A stretch of DNA of 64,000 nucleotides from Magnetococcales bacterium (GTDB taxonomy: Bacteria > Pseudomonadota > Magnetococcia > Magnetococcales > JADGCH01), in NCBI GenBank assembly GCA_015229115.1, contig JADGCH010000007.1:3315-67314 (forward strand), read 5' to 3'. Every line of letters begins with the position of its first letter. Position 1 is the first letter of the stretch. The notes under the pieces are model-generated. The model did not search any database. It was not told the origin of the DNA and saw nothing but the letters and a program-made list of their open reading frames with translations. A program made the translations under genes and the position numbers. Positions 26,387 through 36,080 of this stretch are shown here, in pieces.

Positions 26387-27502
26387 ATGCAAAATAACCT
26401 CACGTGTACAGGTTTCCATCCGTTGAGCAAGACCATTCAGTCCAATCCGTCCGGTCAATCCAATCCGTCCGCCAGGTTCTGTCACCATGAACCCGATCTG
26501 AACGATCGTGCCATCTTGGTCACCGGTGGCACGGGATCCTTCGGACGCCATTTTATCCGGACTGTACTGACCCGTTACCGGCCGCGCCGGCTGGTGGTAC
26601 TGTCGCGTGACGAGCTAAAGCAGTTTGAGATGCAGCAGGAGCCGCTATTCCAGCATCCGGCGTTGCGTTTCTTCATCGGTGATGTACGCGACCGCGATCG
26701 GTTGGAACGGGCCTTCTCCGAGATCGACATCGTTGTGCATGCCGCGGCCATGAAGCAGGTTCCCACTGCCGAGTACAATCCTTTTGAGTGCATTCATACC
26801 AACGTGCTGGGGGCCGAGAATGTGGTACAGGCTGCCCTGCGTGCCCGGGTCAGCCAGGTATTGGCGCTATCGACGGATAAGGCTGCCAATCCGGTCAACC
26901 TGTATGGTGCCAGCAAGTTGGCCTCGGATAAGATCTTTGTCGCAGCCAATCATCTTAGTGGCCACATCGGCACCCGCTTCGCTGTGGTGCGTTACGGTAA
27001 TGTGGTCGGTTCACGCGGTAGTGTCATTCCGTTTTTCCAGAAACTGATTGCCAACGGTGCTACTTCGCTACCGATTACCGACGCTCGTATGAGCCGGTTC
27101 TGGATCACTCTGCAGGAAGGGGTCGATTTTGTTCTCTCCTCTCTTGAGATGATGCGCGGTGGCGAGATTTTTGTGCCAAAAATTCCCAGCATGAACATCA
27201 TCGAACTGGCCCGTGCCATGGCGCCACAACTGCCGCATCACATCGTTGGTATCCGCCCCGGTGAGAAGCTGCACGAAGTCATGGTCACCGAAGATGACTC
27301 TCGCACCACCGTAGAACTGCACGATCGTTACGTCATCGAACCGGCCTTTGCGCTCTGGTGTGACTACGTCTCCCATCGCAATCAGCCCGACGCCAAGCCC
27401 GTTGCGGACTCGTTCCGTTATGCCAGCGATACCAACCCCCAGTGGCTGGACCACCAGAGTCTGCAGCACATGCTGCTAGAATCCTCTCTCCTCCATGGAT
27501 AG
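26387..27502 (+). CDS. pseB: UDP-N-acetylglucosamine 4,6-dehydratase (PseB/FlaA1-type); start codon uncertain
   Basis: Family motifs are ILVTGGTGSFGRHF, VHAAAMKQVPTAEYNPFECIHTNVLGAENV and YGASKLASDK. Homologues start about 10 aa before ILVTGG. Here the in-frame starts are ATG 26387 (7 nt after the tRNA) or TTG 26423, and neither has a Shine-Dalgarno sequence. Confidence 0.75.
   Translation: MQNNLTCTGFHPLSKTIQSNPSGQSNPSARFCHHEPDLNDRAILVTGGTGSFGRHFIRTVLTRYRPRRLVVLSRDELKQFEMQQEPLFQHPALRFFIGDVRDRDRLERAFSEIDIVVHAAAMKQVPTAEYNPFECIHTNVLGAENVVQAALRARVSQVLALSTDKAANPVNLYGASKLASDKIFVAANHLSGHIGTRFAVVRYGNVVGSRGSVIPFFQKLIANGATSLPITDARMSRFWITLQEGVDFVLSSLEMMRGGEIFVPKIPSMNIIELARAMAPQLPHHIVGIRPGEKLHEVMVTEDDSRTTVELHDRYVIEPAFALWCDYVSHRNQPDAKPVADSFRYASDTNPQWLDHQSLQHMLLESSLLHG
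26438..26473 (+). repeat. in-frame tandem duplication of an 18-nt unit (2 copies)
   Basis: The sequence is cag TCCAATCCGTCCG gt / caa TCCAATCCGTCCG cc. The 13-nt core is identical at 26441-26453 and 26459-26471. It encodes QSNPSG-QSNPSA in the putative N-terminal extension of PseB. Confidence 0.8.
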
Positions 27503-28727
27503 TTCGTCCACAGTCGTTGTGCTTCCCTACGGTCGACAGCAGATTGAAGAAGATGACATCGCTGCTGTAACGCAGGTGTTGCGCAGTGACTACCTCACGA
27601 CCGGTCCGATGGTCGCTCGCTTCGAACAGGCTCTGGCCCAGGTCACCACAGCTCGCCATGCCGTTAGCTGCTCGTCCGGAACGGCTGCTCTTCATCTGGG
27701 CGCCATGGTGCTCAATCTGGGACCCGGGGATGGGGTCGTAGTACCTGCCATCACCTTTTTAGCCACGGCTAATGCTGTCCGCTATGTCGGTGCCGAGGTG
27801 ATCTTCGCTGATGTCGACAGCGCTACCGGTCTGATGGGAGCCGAGCAGCTGTTGGCAGCCCTGCAACGTGCCGATGCCATGGGCGTAACCGCCAAGGCGG
27901 TGATACCCGTCCATCTCAATGGCCAGTGTGTCGCCATGGAGGAGATCGCTGCCGTGGCGCAGCAACGGGGGTTGGCCGTGCTGGAAGATGGTTGCCACGC
28001 CTTGGGAGCCCGTTATGGGGCGCAGCAGCAGCACCATCCGGTCGGTTGTTGCCACCACAGCGATCTGGTGGCCTTCTCTTTTCATCCGGTCAAGACCGTG
28101 GCCATGGGCGAAGGTGGGGCGCTGACCACCAACCGGGACGATCTTTATCGCCGCCTGCTGCGGTTGCGCAATCACGGCATGACCCAGCAGCCCGATGAGC
28201 TGCAACAACCCGAACTGGCGCTGGATAGCACGGCACAGCCCAATCCCTGGTACTACGAAATGGCTGAACCGGGCTATAACTACCGTGCCAGCGACATCCA
28301 CTGTGCTTTGGGTCTCAGCCAGCTGGGCAAACTGACCCGCTTTGTTGCCCGACGGCAGCAGCTGGTGGATCGTTACGACGCCCTGCTTAAACCCTTGGCA
28401 CCCACCGTCCGACCACTGACCCGTGTTGCCAACGGTCGCCCAGCCTGGCATCTTTACGTGGTGCAGATCGATTTTACCGAGCTGATGGAGCGCCGCGGCC
28501 TGGATCGGGCGGCGTTGATGCGGCAGTTGCGTGTCCATGGCATCGGCACCCAGGTCCACTATCTGCCGGTGGCCTGGCAACCCTACTATCGCCAGCGCTA
28601 CGGTATGCTGCCTCTGACAGGGGCTGGACATTATTACGCCCAGGTGTTATCCCTTCCACTCTTCCCCGGTCTGTCGGATGATGACGTCGACCGCGTCGTG
28701 GCAACACTGCAACAACTGGTAAGCTAA
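27495..28727 (+). CDS. pseC: DegT/DnrJ/EryC1-family aminotransferase, PseC-like
   Basis: The N-terminus LPYGRQQIEEDDIAAVTQVLRSDYLTTGPMVARFEQALA is typical of PseC. The gene overlaps pseB by 8 nt. Confidence 0.75.
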   Translation: MDSSSTVVVLPYGRQQIEEDDIAAVTQVLRSDYLTTGPMVARFEQALAQVTTARHAVSCSSGTAALHLGAMVLNLGPGDGVVVPAITFLATANAVRYVGAEVIFADVDSATGLMGAEQLLAALQRADAMGVTAKAVIPVHLNGQCVAMEEIAAVAQQRGLAVLEDGCHALGARYGAQQQHHPVGCCHHSDLVAFSFHPVKTVAMGEGGALTTNRDDLYRRLLRLRNHGMTQQPDELQQPELALDSTAQPNPWYYEMAEPGYNYRASDIHCALGLSQLGKLTRFVARRQQLVDRYDALLKPLAPTVRPLTRVANGRPAWHLYVVQIDFTELMERRGLDRAALMRQLRVHGIGTQVHYLPVAWQPYYRQRYGMLPLTGAGHYYAQVLSLPLFPGLSDDDVDRVVATLQQLVS

Positions 28728-28754
28728 CTGGAGCAATCGAGGATTGGAGAGACC

Positions 28755-29897
28755 ATGGCATTGATGAAAACAGGTCAGGCAGTGCTGGTGCTGGAGGATG
28801 GCAGCCGTTTTGAGGGCATCTCGATCGGTGCCAGTGGCGAACAGGTCGGTGAGGTCTGCTTTAATACCTCCATGACCGGTTATCAGGAGATCATGAGCGA
28901 TCCCTCCTATGCCGGGCAGATTGTGGTCATGACCTGCAGCCAGATCGGCAACGTCGGTATCAATCCGGAAGACATGGAATCCTCCCGACCCTGGATTCGC
29001 GGCTTTGTCGTGCGCGAGTCAGCACGGCTAGCCTCCAACTGGCGTCAACAGGAAAGTCTGACCGCGTTTCTGCAACGCCATCGCATTCCGGCCATCGCCG
29101 GCATCGATACCCGGCGTCTGGTGCGCATCCTGCGTGAAAAAGGGGCCCAGCGTGGTATTCTCTCGACCGAATCGGACCACACCAAACAACTGAGTGCCAA
29201 GGCGCATCGCTGGCCCGGTCTGCAGGGCATGGATCTCACCGGTGAGGTCAGTTGCCGTAGAGCCTATTCCTGGCGCAGTCGCCTCTGGCAGATCGGCCAT
29301 GGCTACCCGGAGCTGGCCGACGCTGATGTCCGCTTTCGTGTTACAGCGATTGATTTTGGCATCAAACGCAACATTCTGCGTTCTCTGGCTGAGATCGGTT
29401 GTGATATCAAGGTGTTGCCATCGACTGCTAGCGCACGCCAGGTGCTGGCCAGCAAGCCGGATGGTATCTTTCTGTCCAACGGTCCCGGTGATCCCGATGC
29501 CGTCCAACAGGGACTGGAAACGGTGACCACCCTGCTGCAGACCAGGAAACCACTGTTTGGTATTTGCCTGGGACACCAGATCTTGTCGCTAGCGTTAGGG
29601 GCCCACACCGTCAAGATGAAATTTGGCCACCGTGGTGGCAATCATCCGGTGCAAAATCTGCTGACCGGATCGGTAGAGGTGACGGCCCAGAATCACGGCT
29701 TCGTGGTGGACGAGGCCACCCTGCCGGAAACGGTCTCGGTCACCCACCGCTCGCTGTTTGATGGCAGTGTCGAGGGCATCCGTCACAACAATGACCCGGT
29801 CTTCTCGGTGCAGTACCACCCAGAGGCCAGCCCGGGACCGCACGACTCACACTACCTTTTTCACCAGTTCGCCGACCTCATGAACCGGCAGCGTTAA
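28755..29897 (+). CDS. carA: carbamoyl-phosphate synthase small (glutaminase) subunit
   Basis: The N-terminus is LVLEDGSRFEG. The glutaminase active site is PLFGICLGHQIL, and the C-terminal region has FSVQYHPEASPGPHD. Confidence 0.95.
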   Translation: MALMKTGQAVLVLEDGSRFEGISIGASGEQVGEVCFNTSMTGYQEIMSDPSYAGQIVVMTCSQIGNVGINPEDMESSRPWIRGFVVRESARLASNWRQQESLTAFLQRHRIPAIAGIDTRRLVRILREKGAQRGILSTESDHTKQLSAKAHRWPGLQGMDLTGEVSCRRAYSWRSRLWQIGHGYPELADADVRFRVTAIDFGIKRNILRSLAEIGCDIKVLPSTASARQVLASKPDGIFLSNGPGDPDAVQQGLETVTTLLQTRKPLFGICLGHQILSLALGAHTVKMKFGHRGGNHPVQNLLTGSVEVTAQNHGFVVDEATLPETVSVTHRSLFDGSVEGIRHNNDPVFSVQYHPEASPGPHDSHYLFHQFADLMNRQR

Positions 29898-29915
29898 ACC
29901 GGAGATCCAGCAGCC

Positions 29916-32900
29916 ATGCCTAAACGTACTGATCTCAGGAAAATCCTCATCATCGGTTCTGGTCCGATTGTCATTGGCCAAGCCTGTGAATTCGACTACT
30001 CGGGTACCCAGGCCTGCAAGGCGCTGCGTGAAGAGGGTTACGAGGTGGTGCTGGTCAACTCCAATCCAGCCACCATCATGACCGATCCGGAGCTGGCGTC
30101 ACGCACCTATATCGAACCGATCACCCCGACCATCGTCGAACAGATCATCGCCCAGGAACGCCCCGATGCGTTGCTGCCCACCATGGGGGGGCAGACTGGC
30201 CTCAATATCTCGCTCAAGCTGGCTGATAACGGTGTGCTGGAGCGCTATGGTGTGGAACTGATCGGCGCTTCACGCGCTGCCATCGCCAAGGCCGAGGATC
30301 GCGAACAGTTCAAAAACGCCATGGCCAAAATCGGTCTGGATACCCCCCGTTCCGGCTTTGCCCACTCGCCGCACGAGGCACAGCAGGTGTTGGCCGAGAT
30401 CGGTTTCCCAGCCATCATCCGGCCCAGTTTCACCCTCGGTGGCACCGGTGGCGGTATTGCCTACAATCCGGAAGAGTTCGAGGAGATGGTGCGTCGTGGC
30501 TTGGCCGCATCGCCCACCTGTGAGGTGCTGGTGGAAGAGTCGGTGCTGGGATGGAAAGAGTTCGAGATGGAGGTGGTACGCGACTGCCAGGATAACGCCA
30601 TCATCGTCTGCTCGATCGAGAACTTCGATGCCATGGGCATCCATACCGGTGACTCCATCACCGTGGCCCCGGCCCAGACCCTGACCGACAAGGAATATCA
30701 GATCATGCGCAACGCCTCGATTGCAGTGTTGCGTGAGATCGGGGTGGATACCGGTGGCTCCAATGTCCAGTTCGCCGTTAATCCGGCTACCGGACGCATG
30801 GTGATCATCGAAATGAACCCGCGCGTGTCGCGCTCGTCAGCGCTGGCCTCGAAAGCTACCGGTTTTGCCATCGCCAAGGTCGCTGCCAAGCTGGCGGTCG
30901 GTTATACCCTGCCGGAAATCATGAACGATATCACCGGTGTCACGCCCGCCTCGTTCGAGCCTAGCATCGACTACGTCGTTACCAAAATCCCGCGCTTTAC
31001 CTTCGAGAAGTTTCCCCAGGCCGAAGCGCTGCTGACCATCCAGATGAAATCGGTTGGTGAGGTAATGGCCATCGGCCGTACCTTCAAGGAGTCGCTGCAA
31101 AAGGCGTTGCGCTCGCTGGAGATTGGCCTGAGTGGATTCGATGAGATCCTGCAGGAGCAATCGACCAAGTCAGAACGCAAGGACATCCTGAAGCAGCAGC
31201 TCAACCGCCCCGGGCCGGATCGCATTCTCTACGTTGCCGAGGCCCTGCGCCATGGCAAAAGCATCGACTGGATCCACCGTGAAAGCGCCATTGATCCCTG
31301 GTTCATTGACCAGATTGCCCAGATCATCGAGACCGAACAGCAGCTGAAAGAGCAGTCGCTGAAATCGATCACCGCCCGACAGATGCACTTCCTCAAGGCG
31401 ATGGGCTTTTCCGATCAGCGTCTGGCCAAGCTGTTGCGTACCGACAGCGCCAAAGTGCAGCGCAAGCGGCTGCGTCTTGGGGTGCAACCGGTCTACAAGC
31501 GCGTCGATACCTGTGCCGCCGAGTTTGCCTCCCGCACCGCCTATCTCTACTCAACCTATGAAGAGGAGTGCGAGGCCGAACCGAGCCAGCGTCAGAAGAT
31601 CATGATTCTGGGTGGTGGTCCCAACCGCATCGGCCAAGGCATCGAGTTTGACTATTGCTGCGTCCATGCCTCATTCGCCCTGCGCGATGCCGGCTATGAG
31701 ACCATCATGGTTAACTGCAATCCGGAGACGGTCTCGACCGACTACGACACCTCCGACCGGCTCTATTTCGAGCCTCTGACGCTGGAAGATGTGCTGGCCA
31801 TTGTCGCCAAGGAGCAACCCAAAGGGGTGATCGTGCAGTTCGGTGGCCAGACGCCGCTGAAGTTGGCCAAGGCACTCGAAGCAGCTGGCGTGCCCATCAT
31901 CGGCACCTCCCCCGATGCCATCGACATGGCCGAGGATCGTGAACGGTTCCAGCAGCTGCTGCACCAGCTCGATCTGCGTCAGCCACGCAACGGGTTGGCC
32001 CGCTCGGAACAGGAAGCCATTGCGGTAGCCGCCACGGTCGGTTATCCGGTAGTGGTGCGCCCCTCTTACGTGCTGGGTGGCCGCGCCATGGAGATCGTCT
32101 ACGATGAACGCGACCTGACCCACTACATGCGCACCGCCGTGCGCGCCTCACCCGATCATCCGGTGCTGATCGACCACTACCTGCGCGATGCCATCGAAAT
32201 TGACGTCGATTGTATCGCCGATGGTCAAACGGCCCTGGTGGGTGGCATTATGGAGCACATCGAAGAGGCTGGCGTCCATTCGGGCGATTCAGCCTGTTCC
32301 CTGCCGCCCCACTCGCAGAATGTGCTGGAACTGGTACCGGAAATAGAACGCCAGACGCTGATGCTGGCCCAGTCTCTTCATGTGGTCGGTCTGATGAACG
32401 TTCAGTTTGCCATTTGCGACGGGGTGATCTATCTGCTTGAGGTCAACCCGCGTGCCTCACGCACCGTGCCGTTCGTCTCCAAGGCCACCGGTGTGCCACT
32501 GGCCAAAATTGCTGCCCGTCTCATGAGCGGTCAGTCGCTGGCTGATGTTGGGCTGCTGGCCATGCCGCAGCGGTCTCATAGTGCCGTTAAGGAAGCGGTC
32601 TTTCCGTTCGAGAAGTTCCCAGGCGTCGATACCGTGCTGGGACCGGAGATGAAATCGACCGGTGAGGTGATGGGACTGGCCGATAGCTATGGTGTGGCGT
32701 TTGCCAAAGCCCAGTTCGGTGCCAGCACCTTTCTGCCCCAACCCGGTGAGCTTAAACCGCAACAGATGATCTTTGTCTCGGTCAAGGACGAGGACAAACC
32801 GGCTGCCATTGAGGATGCACGCCAATTGCTAGCGCTGGGGTTCCGTCTGTGTGCCACCCGTGGCACGGCCACGGTGCTGGAGCAGGCCGGTCTGACAGTC

Positions 32901-33152
32901 GAGATCGTCAACAAGGTCAACGAGGGCCGTCCCCATATTGTTGATCGTATGAAAAATGGTGAAATCGCGCTGGTCTTCAATACCACCCAGGACAAGCAGG
33001 CCCTGGCCGATTCGTTCCCGATCCGCCGCACCGCTCTCATGAGCCACATTCCCTATTTTACCACTCTGGCTGGCATGCACGCCGCTGTGGCCGCTATTAC
33101 GGCAGTCCATCAGTCTGGATTCCAGTGCAAGGCGTTACAGGATTATTATTAA
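29916..33152 (+). CDS. carB: carbamoyl-phosphate synthase large subunit
   Basis: The N-terminus is [57 protein letters not shown]. The ATP-grasp halves are duplicated, as expected. The protein is 1078 aa. Confidence 0.95.
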   Translation: MPKRTDLRKILIIGSGPIVIGQACEFDYSGTQACKALREEGYEVVLVNSNPATIMTDPELASRTYIEPITPTIVEQIIAQERPDALLPTMGGQTGLNISLKLADNGVLERYGVELIGASRAAIAKAEDREQFKNAMAKIGLDTPRSGFAHSPHEAQQVLAEIGFPAIIRPSFTLGGTGGGIAYNPEEFEEMVRRGLAASPTCEVLVEESVLGWKEFEMEVVRDCQDNAIIVCSIENFDAMGIHTGDSITVAPAQTLTDKEYQIMRNASIAVLREIGVDTGGSNVQFAVNPATGRMVIIEMNPRVSRSSALASKATGFAIAKVAAKLAVGYTLPEIMNDITGVTPASFEPSIDYVVTKIPRFTFEKFPQAEALLTIQMKSVGEVMAIGRTFKESLQKALRSLEIGLSGFDEILQEQSTKSERKDILKQQLNRPGPDRILYVAEALRHGKSIDWIHRESAIDPWFIDQIAQIIETEQQLKEQSLKSITARQMHFLKAMGFSDQRLAKLLRTDSAKVQRKRLRLGVQPVYKRVDTCAAEFASRTAYLYSTYEEECEAEPSQRQKIMILGGGPNRIGQGIEFDYCCVHASFALRDAGYETIMVNCNPETVSTDYDTSDRLYFEPLTLEDVLAIVAKEQPKGVIVQFGGQTPLKLAKALEAAGVPIIGTSPDAIDMAEDRERFQQLLHQLDLRQPRNGLARSEQEAIAVAATVGYPVVVRPSYVLGGRAMEIVYDERDLTHYMRTAVRASPDHPVLIDHYLRDAIEIDVDCIADGQTALVGGIMEHIEEAGVHSGDSACSLPPHSQNVLELVPEIERQTLMLAQSLHVVGLMNVQFAICDGVIYLLEVNPRASRTVPFVSKATGVPLAKIAARLMSGQSLADVGLLAMPQRSHSAVKEAVFPFEKFPGVDTVLGPEMKSTGEVMGLADSYGVAFAKAQFGASTFLPQPGELKPQQMIFVSVKDEDKPAAIEDARQLLALGFRLCATRGTATVLEQAGLTVEIVNKVNEGRPHIVDRMKNGEIALVFNTTQDKQALADSFPIRRTALMSHIPYFTTLAGMHAAVAAITAVHQSGFQCKALQDYY

Positions 33153-33163
33153 GGACCGCAACG

Positions 33164-33640
33164 ATGACATCACAGAAAGTTCCCATGACACTGGAAGGAG
33201 CCGAGCAGCTCCGCAACGAACTGAAACACCGGCGCATGGTCGAACGCCCGCGCATCATCGAGCAGATTTCCGAGGCACGGGCGCATGGCGATCTGTCCGA
33301 AAACGCCGAATATTCTGCTGCCAAGGAGCAGCAGTCCTTTAACGAAGGACGCATTCAGGAGATCGAGGCCAAGCTGGCTAACGCCGAGATCGTTGATACC
33401 AGCCGTCTGCGCGGTAGCAAGGTGGTGTTCGGAGTCCATGTCACCCTGCTGGATGAGGACAGCGAGGAAGAGATCGCCTATCAGCTGGTCGGTGTCGACG
33501 AAGCCGACCTGAATGCGGGCAAGATTTCCTATTCCAGCCCGCTGGCACGCGCCCTGATCGGCAAGGAGGTCGGTGACTCGGTCACCGTAATGGCTCCCGC
33601 TGGCAAACGCCAATATGAAATCCTTAAAATCCGCTTCTGA
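33164..33640 (+). CDS. greA: transcription elongation factor GreA
   Basis: The sequence [61 protein letters not shown] fits GreA. ATG 33164 follows an AGGA, so the ORF-track start at 33125 overlaps carB and is probably too early. Confidence 0.9.
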   Translation: MTSQKVPMTLEGAEQLRNELKHRRMVERPRIIEQISEARAHGDLSENAEYSAAKEQQSFNEGRIQEIEAKLANAEIVDTSRLRGSKVVFGVHVTLLDEDSEEEIAYQLVGVDEADLNAGKISYSSPLARALIGKEVGDSVTVMAPAGKRQYEILKIRF

Positions 33641-34305
33641 TGGGACGAGGTTCCAGCTCCCGGTGGCTCCAGCAACATGTTTCCGACCCTTATGTGCGCG
33701 CCGCCCAACGCGACGGCTACCGCTCGCGCGCTGCTTATAAATTACTGGCCCTGCAACAGGGTCTGACCGACTCCAAGGGCGTGATACAGCCGTTGTTACG
33801 CCCCGGCATGGCGGTCATCGATCTTGGCGCTGCCCCGGGAGGCTGGAGTCAAGTCGCTGCCCAGCTAATCGGACCCACCGGCCTGCTGCTAGCGGTCGAC
33901 CTGCTCCCCATGGCCCCCATCGCCGGTGTCACCGTACTACAAGGCGATTTCCTCGCCGAGCCGACTCAGACCGCCATCCTGTCCCACCTCAACCAGCATC
34001 AGCGCGATCGAGTTGATGTGCTGCTGTCCGACATGGCCCCCAACCTGTCCGGTATCCGCACCACCGACCAGGCCCGCATGGCGCAATTGGTGGAAGAACT
34101 GCTGTCACTGGCCCCGCTGCTGTTGCATCAGGGTGGCAGTCTGGTGGTCAAATTATTCCAGGGTTCCGAAATCCATCCGCTATTACAGCAGGCACGACAA
34201 CTGTTCCGACAGGTCCGTCTCATCAAACCAGACGCCAGCCGTGATCGTAGTGCCGAACACTATCTTGTTGGTTCGCGTTTCTGTGGTACGGTGAAATCGT
34301 CGTAG
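33640..34305 (+). CDS. rlmE: 23S rRNA (U2552-2'-O)-methyltransferase RlmE/FtsJ
   Basis: The sequence SSRWLQQHVSDPYVRAAQRDGYRSRAAYKLLAL...DLGAAPGGWSQVA...VLLSDMAPNLSG fits RlmE. The start overlaps the greA stop (TGATG). Confidence 0.9.
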   Translation: MGRGSSSRWLQQHVSDPYVRAAQRDGYRSRAAYKLLALQQGLTDSKGVIQPLLRPGMAVIDLGAAPGGWSQVAAQLIGPTGLLLAVDLLPMAPIAGVTVLQGDFLAEPTQTAILSHLNQHQRDRVDVLLSDMAPNLSGIRTTDQARMAQLVEELLSLAPLLLHQGGSLVVKLFQGSEIHPLLQQARQLFRQVRLIKPDASRDRSAEHYLVGSRFCGTVKSS

Positions 34306-34307
34306 TC

Positions 34308-34397
34308 GGCCTTGTTCATCGTTTCGGCCAGTCCTTATACCTGGGGCGATGCCCCAGGAAATGGAAGCCGCAGTTGGCCGAAACGATGAACAAGGTT
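34308..34397. repeat. nested palindromic element: 21-bp perfect inverted repeat enclosing a second hairpin
   Basis: CCTTGTTCATCGTTTCGGCCA (34310-34330) pairs perfectly with TGGCCGAAACGATGAACAAGG (34375-34395). Inside that loop, CCTGGGGC-GAT-GCCCCAGG (34340-34358) forms a second hairpin. The element starts 3 nt after the rlmE stop and has no U tract. Confidence 0.6.
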
Positions 34398-34445
34398 GAC
34401 AAACCCAACAAACAACAAAGGCACGGAGTGCAACCCCCGTGCCTT
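34398..34445 (-). terminator. probable intrinsic terminator of the pilin gene
   Basis: On the minus strand the sequence is AAGGCACGG-(10-nt loop)-CCGTGCCTT followed by TGTTGTTTGTTGGGTTTG. It lies 30 nt downstream of the pilin stop at 34476. Confidence 0.5.
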
Positions 34446-34475
34446 CGCACATCGAACAAGAAAGGGAGGCTGACG

Positions 34476-35183
34476 TTACTGGTTCATCTTCCAGTAAACA
34501 TCCGTGACCGTCTCCAGTCTCTCAGTAGCATTGACCTGATTGGCTGATCCAGCGGCGGTATTGGTCGTATCCCAATCAAGCCCAGCATAGCGCACAACAC
34601 CGTTGGTGGCATCGACACGACCATCGATGATCTGGTCCATGGTGCTTACCAGCGTTGGTACCATGTTGATGATTTTCATCATGTTACCAGCCATGATGCC
34701 ACTCACTGTGGAAGCCGCTGATCCATAAGTGAAACTGACCTGCAACGCATGGGGAATACCGGACTGGTCGAGATAGAGGTAGGAACTCTCATCAGAACCA
34801 GCTGTGGTAACGGCCGTATCGCCTGCAGCAGCCGTTGACTGACCGGAACCGGTTGGCATGCGGATGCCATATTTACGCATCTCCGCCACAGCGGCACTAG
34901 CGGCAACAGAACCAGTCGTACCACCCACCTTGCCACTTGGAGCACTCTGGCTATCCAGCAGCACCACCCCGGTACGCTCGTAGTACTGATTGTAAGCCTG
35001 GCCCCACTGGGCAATGAACTTGTTGACGATTCTCTTGTACTCAGCGTTACGCTGCAGATCTTTACCGATCGAAACGGCGCCCAGAACCAGACCGATGATG
35101 ACCAGTACCAAGGCCATCTCAATCAGGGTGAAACCACCCTCACGGCGTTGTTGATCGGCCAGTTTGTTGATAAGTTTTTCCAT
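34476..35183 (-). CDS. type IV pilin / pseudopilin-like protein (235 aa) with prepilin N-terminal methylation motif
   Basis: A 17-aa leader (MEKLINKLADQQRREGG) precedes FTLIEMALVLVIIGLVLGAVSIG, with Glu at +5. The mature part is rich in G/S/T/A and contains no Cys. Confidence 0.8.
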   Translation of the reverse strand: MEKLINKLADQQRREGGFTLIEMALVLVIIGLVLGAVSIGKDLQRNAEYKRIVNKFIAQWGQAYNQYYERTGVVLLDSQSAPSGKVGGTTGSVAASAAVAEMRKYGIRMPTGSGQSTAAAGDTAVTTAGSDESSYLYLDQSGIPHALQVSFTYGSAASTVSGIMAGNMMKIINMVPTLVSTMDQIIDGRVDATNGVVRYAGLDWDTTNTAAGSANQVNATERLETVTDVYWKMNQ

Positions 35184-35481
35184 GACTTTTACATACTCCG
35201 TTTGAAATAAAACACGCTAGAACAGGACGAACTCAAGCTAACGGTCATCACGATTTTCGTGTTGGTAGATTAAGGCACCAAAAAATAGACTTGTAACGAG
35301 AAGATTTGGCAAGGAGTGTGAATAAATTGATGAGAACTCTTGCCGTCTCCCATCGTTTGGTTATACATTAACACGGATGGAAGATGCAAGCAAAAAATAA
35401 TGCTCAAAAAAATATTCTCTTGGTATGGCAAGTGACCCAAACTATTGACACTCTGCAGAATCTGACGGAGATTTTTCGGGA

Positions 35482-36048
35482 ATGGTTGTAAAATATGTTT
35501 ACTTGGTCATGGCGTTGACTGGGGCTGTCGCCATGCCTGTGCTGCTGGACAATTTCCTGAAGGCCTACCAGTCCTGGCGGACAGCTGAGCAGGGGTTGGT
35601 CAAGGCCAGGGAGGAGAAGTCGGCTGCCGATGCCTACCGTAGTCGTTATGAGGCCTATCGTGCCTATGCCACCGAGGTCGATCAGTTTGCCAAGCTGGCC
35701 CAGGAGGAACGACTGGTGCGTAATGCCTGGACATCGTATCAGATCAAGGTCGATAACCGACCCATTCCGGTCATGGATCTGCGCCAGTTGTTGTTGAGTA
35801 CCCGCAATGGCATGCACCAGTATTTCAAGCCCAAGAGTGTTGAGATCAATTCGATCACGCTGGCTGAGCTGGAGAAACTGGGTAACTCGGCTCAGGACAA
35901 CACCAGCAACCAGAAGGTCGATCCTGGCCTGGGTGGGCTGAACCAGCTGAACCGCAAGGCCCAGGAGACCTTTAACAAGAGGAAGCCCGATCCTGGTATG
36001 GCCGTCTTCTTTTCCATCGAAGGGGAATATCTGGTTCAGCACCAGTAG
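35482..36048 (+). CDS. hypothetical bitopic membrane protein with PilO/PilN-like architecture (188 aa)
   Basis: The protein has an N-terminal TM segment (YVYLVMALTGAVAMPVLL), then a coiled coil, then a roughly 100-aa C-terminal domain ending in FFSIEGEYLV. It is transcribed divergently from the pilin gene. The family assignment rests on architecture only. Confidence 0.5.
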   Translation: MVVKYVYLVMALTGAVAMPVLLDNFLKAYQSWRTAEQGLVKAREEKSAADAYRSRYEAYRAYATEVDQFAKLAQEERLVRNAWTSYQIKVDNRPIPVMDLRQLLLSTRNGMHQYFKPKSVEINSITLAELEKLGNSAQDNTSNQKVDPGLGGLNQLNRKAQETFNKRKPDPGMAVFFSIEGEYLVQHQ

Positions 36049-36080
36049 ATTGACAAGGCAGTAGATCCTGAAGAGGCAGT

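Noticed and set aside
27759-28631. Long antisense ORFs opposite well-supported genes: 27759-28631 (pseC), 41487-42377 (hybrid kinase), 43986-44987 (fccB), 49142-50836 (TPR-CHAT), 57308-58120 (CHASE kinase), 60856-61497 (second protease)
   Set aside because: Each lies opposite a gene with strong family motifs and gives a featureless translation. This is typical of GC-rich third-position bias leaving the antisense frames open.
35184-35481. Sigma-54 (GG-N10-GC) promoter for the pilin gene, as is common for type IV pilins
   Set aside because: I found no TGGCAC-N5-TTGC-like match on the minus strand. The only GGCAC string (35274-35278) is on the wrong strand and lacks a GC element at the right spacing.
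35404-36042. 212-aa minus-strand ORF overlapping the 188-aa + strand ORF
   Set aside because: The minus-strand translation is a Leu/Gln/Ile-rich mirror of the + strand gene, with no start context. It would also run into the pilin promoter region. The + strand product has a sensible TM, coiled-coil and domain architecture and a GGAG upstream.
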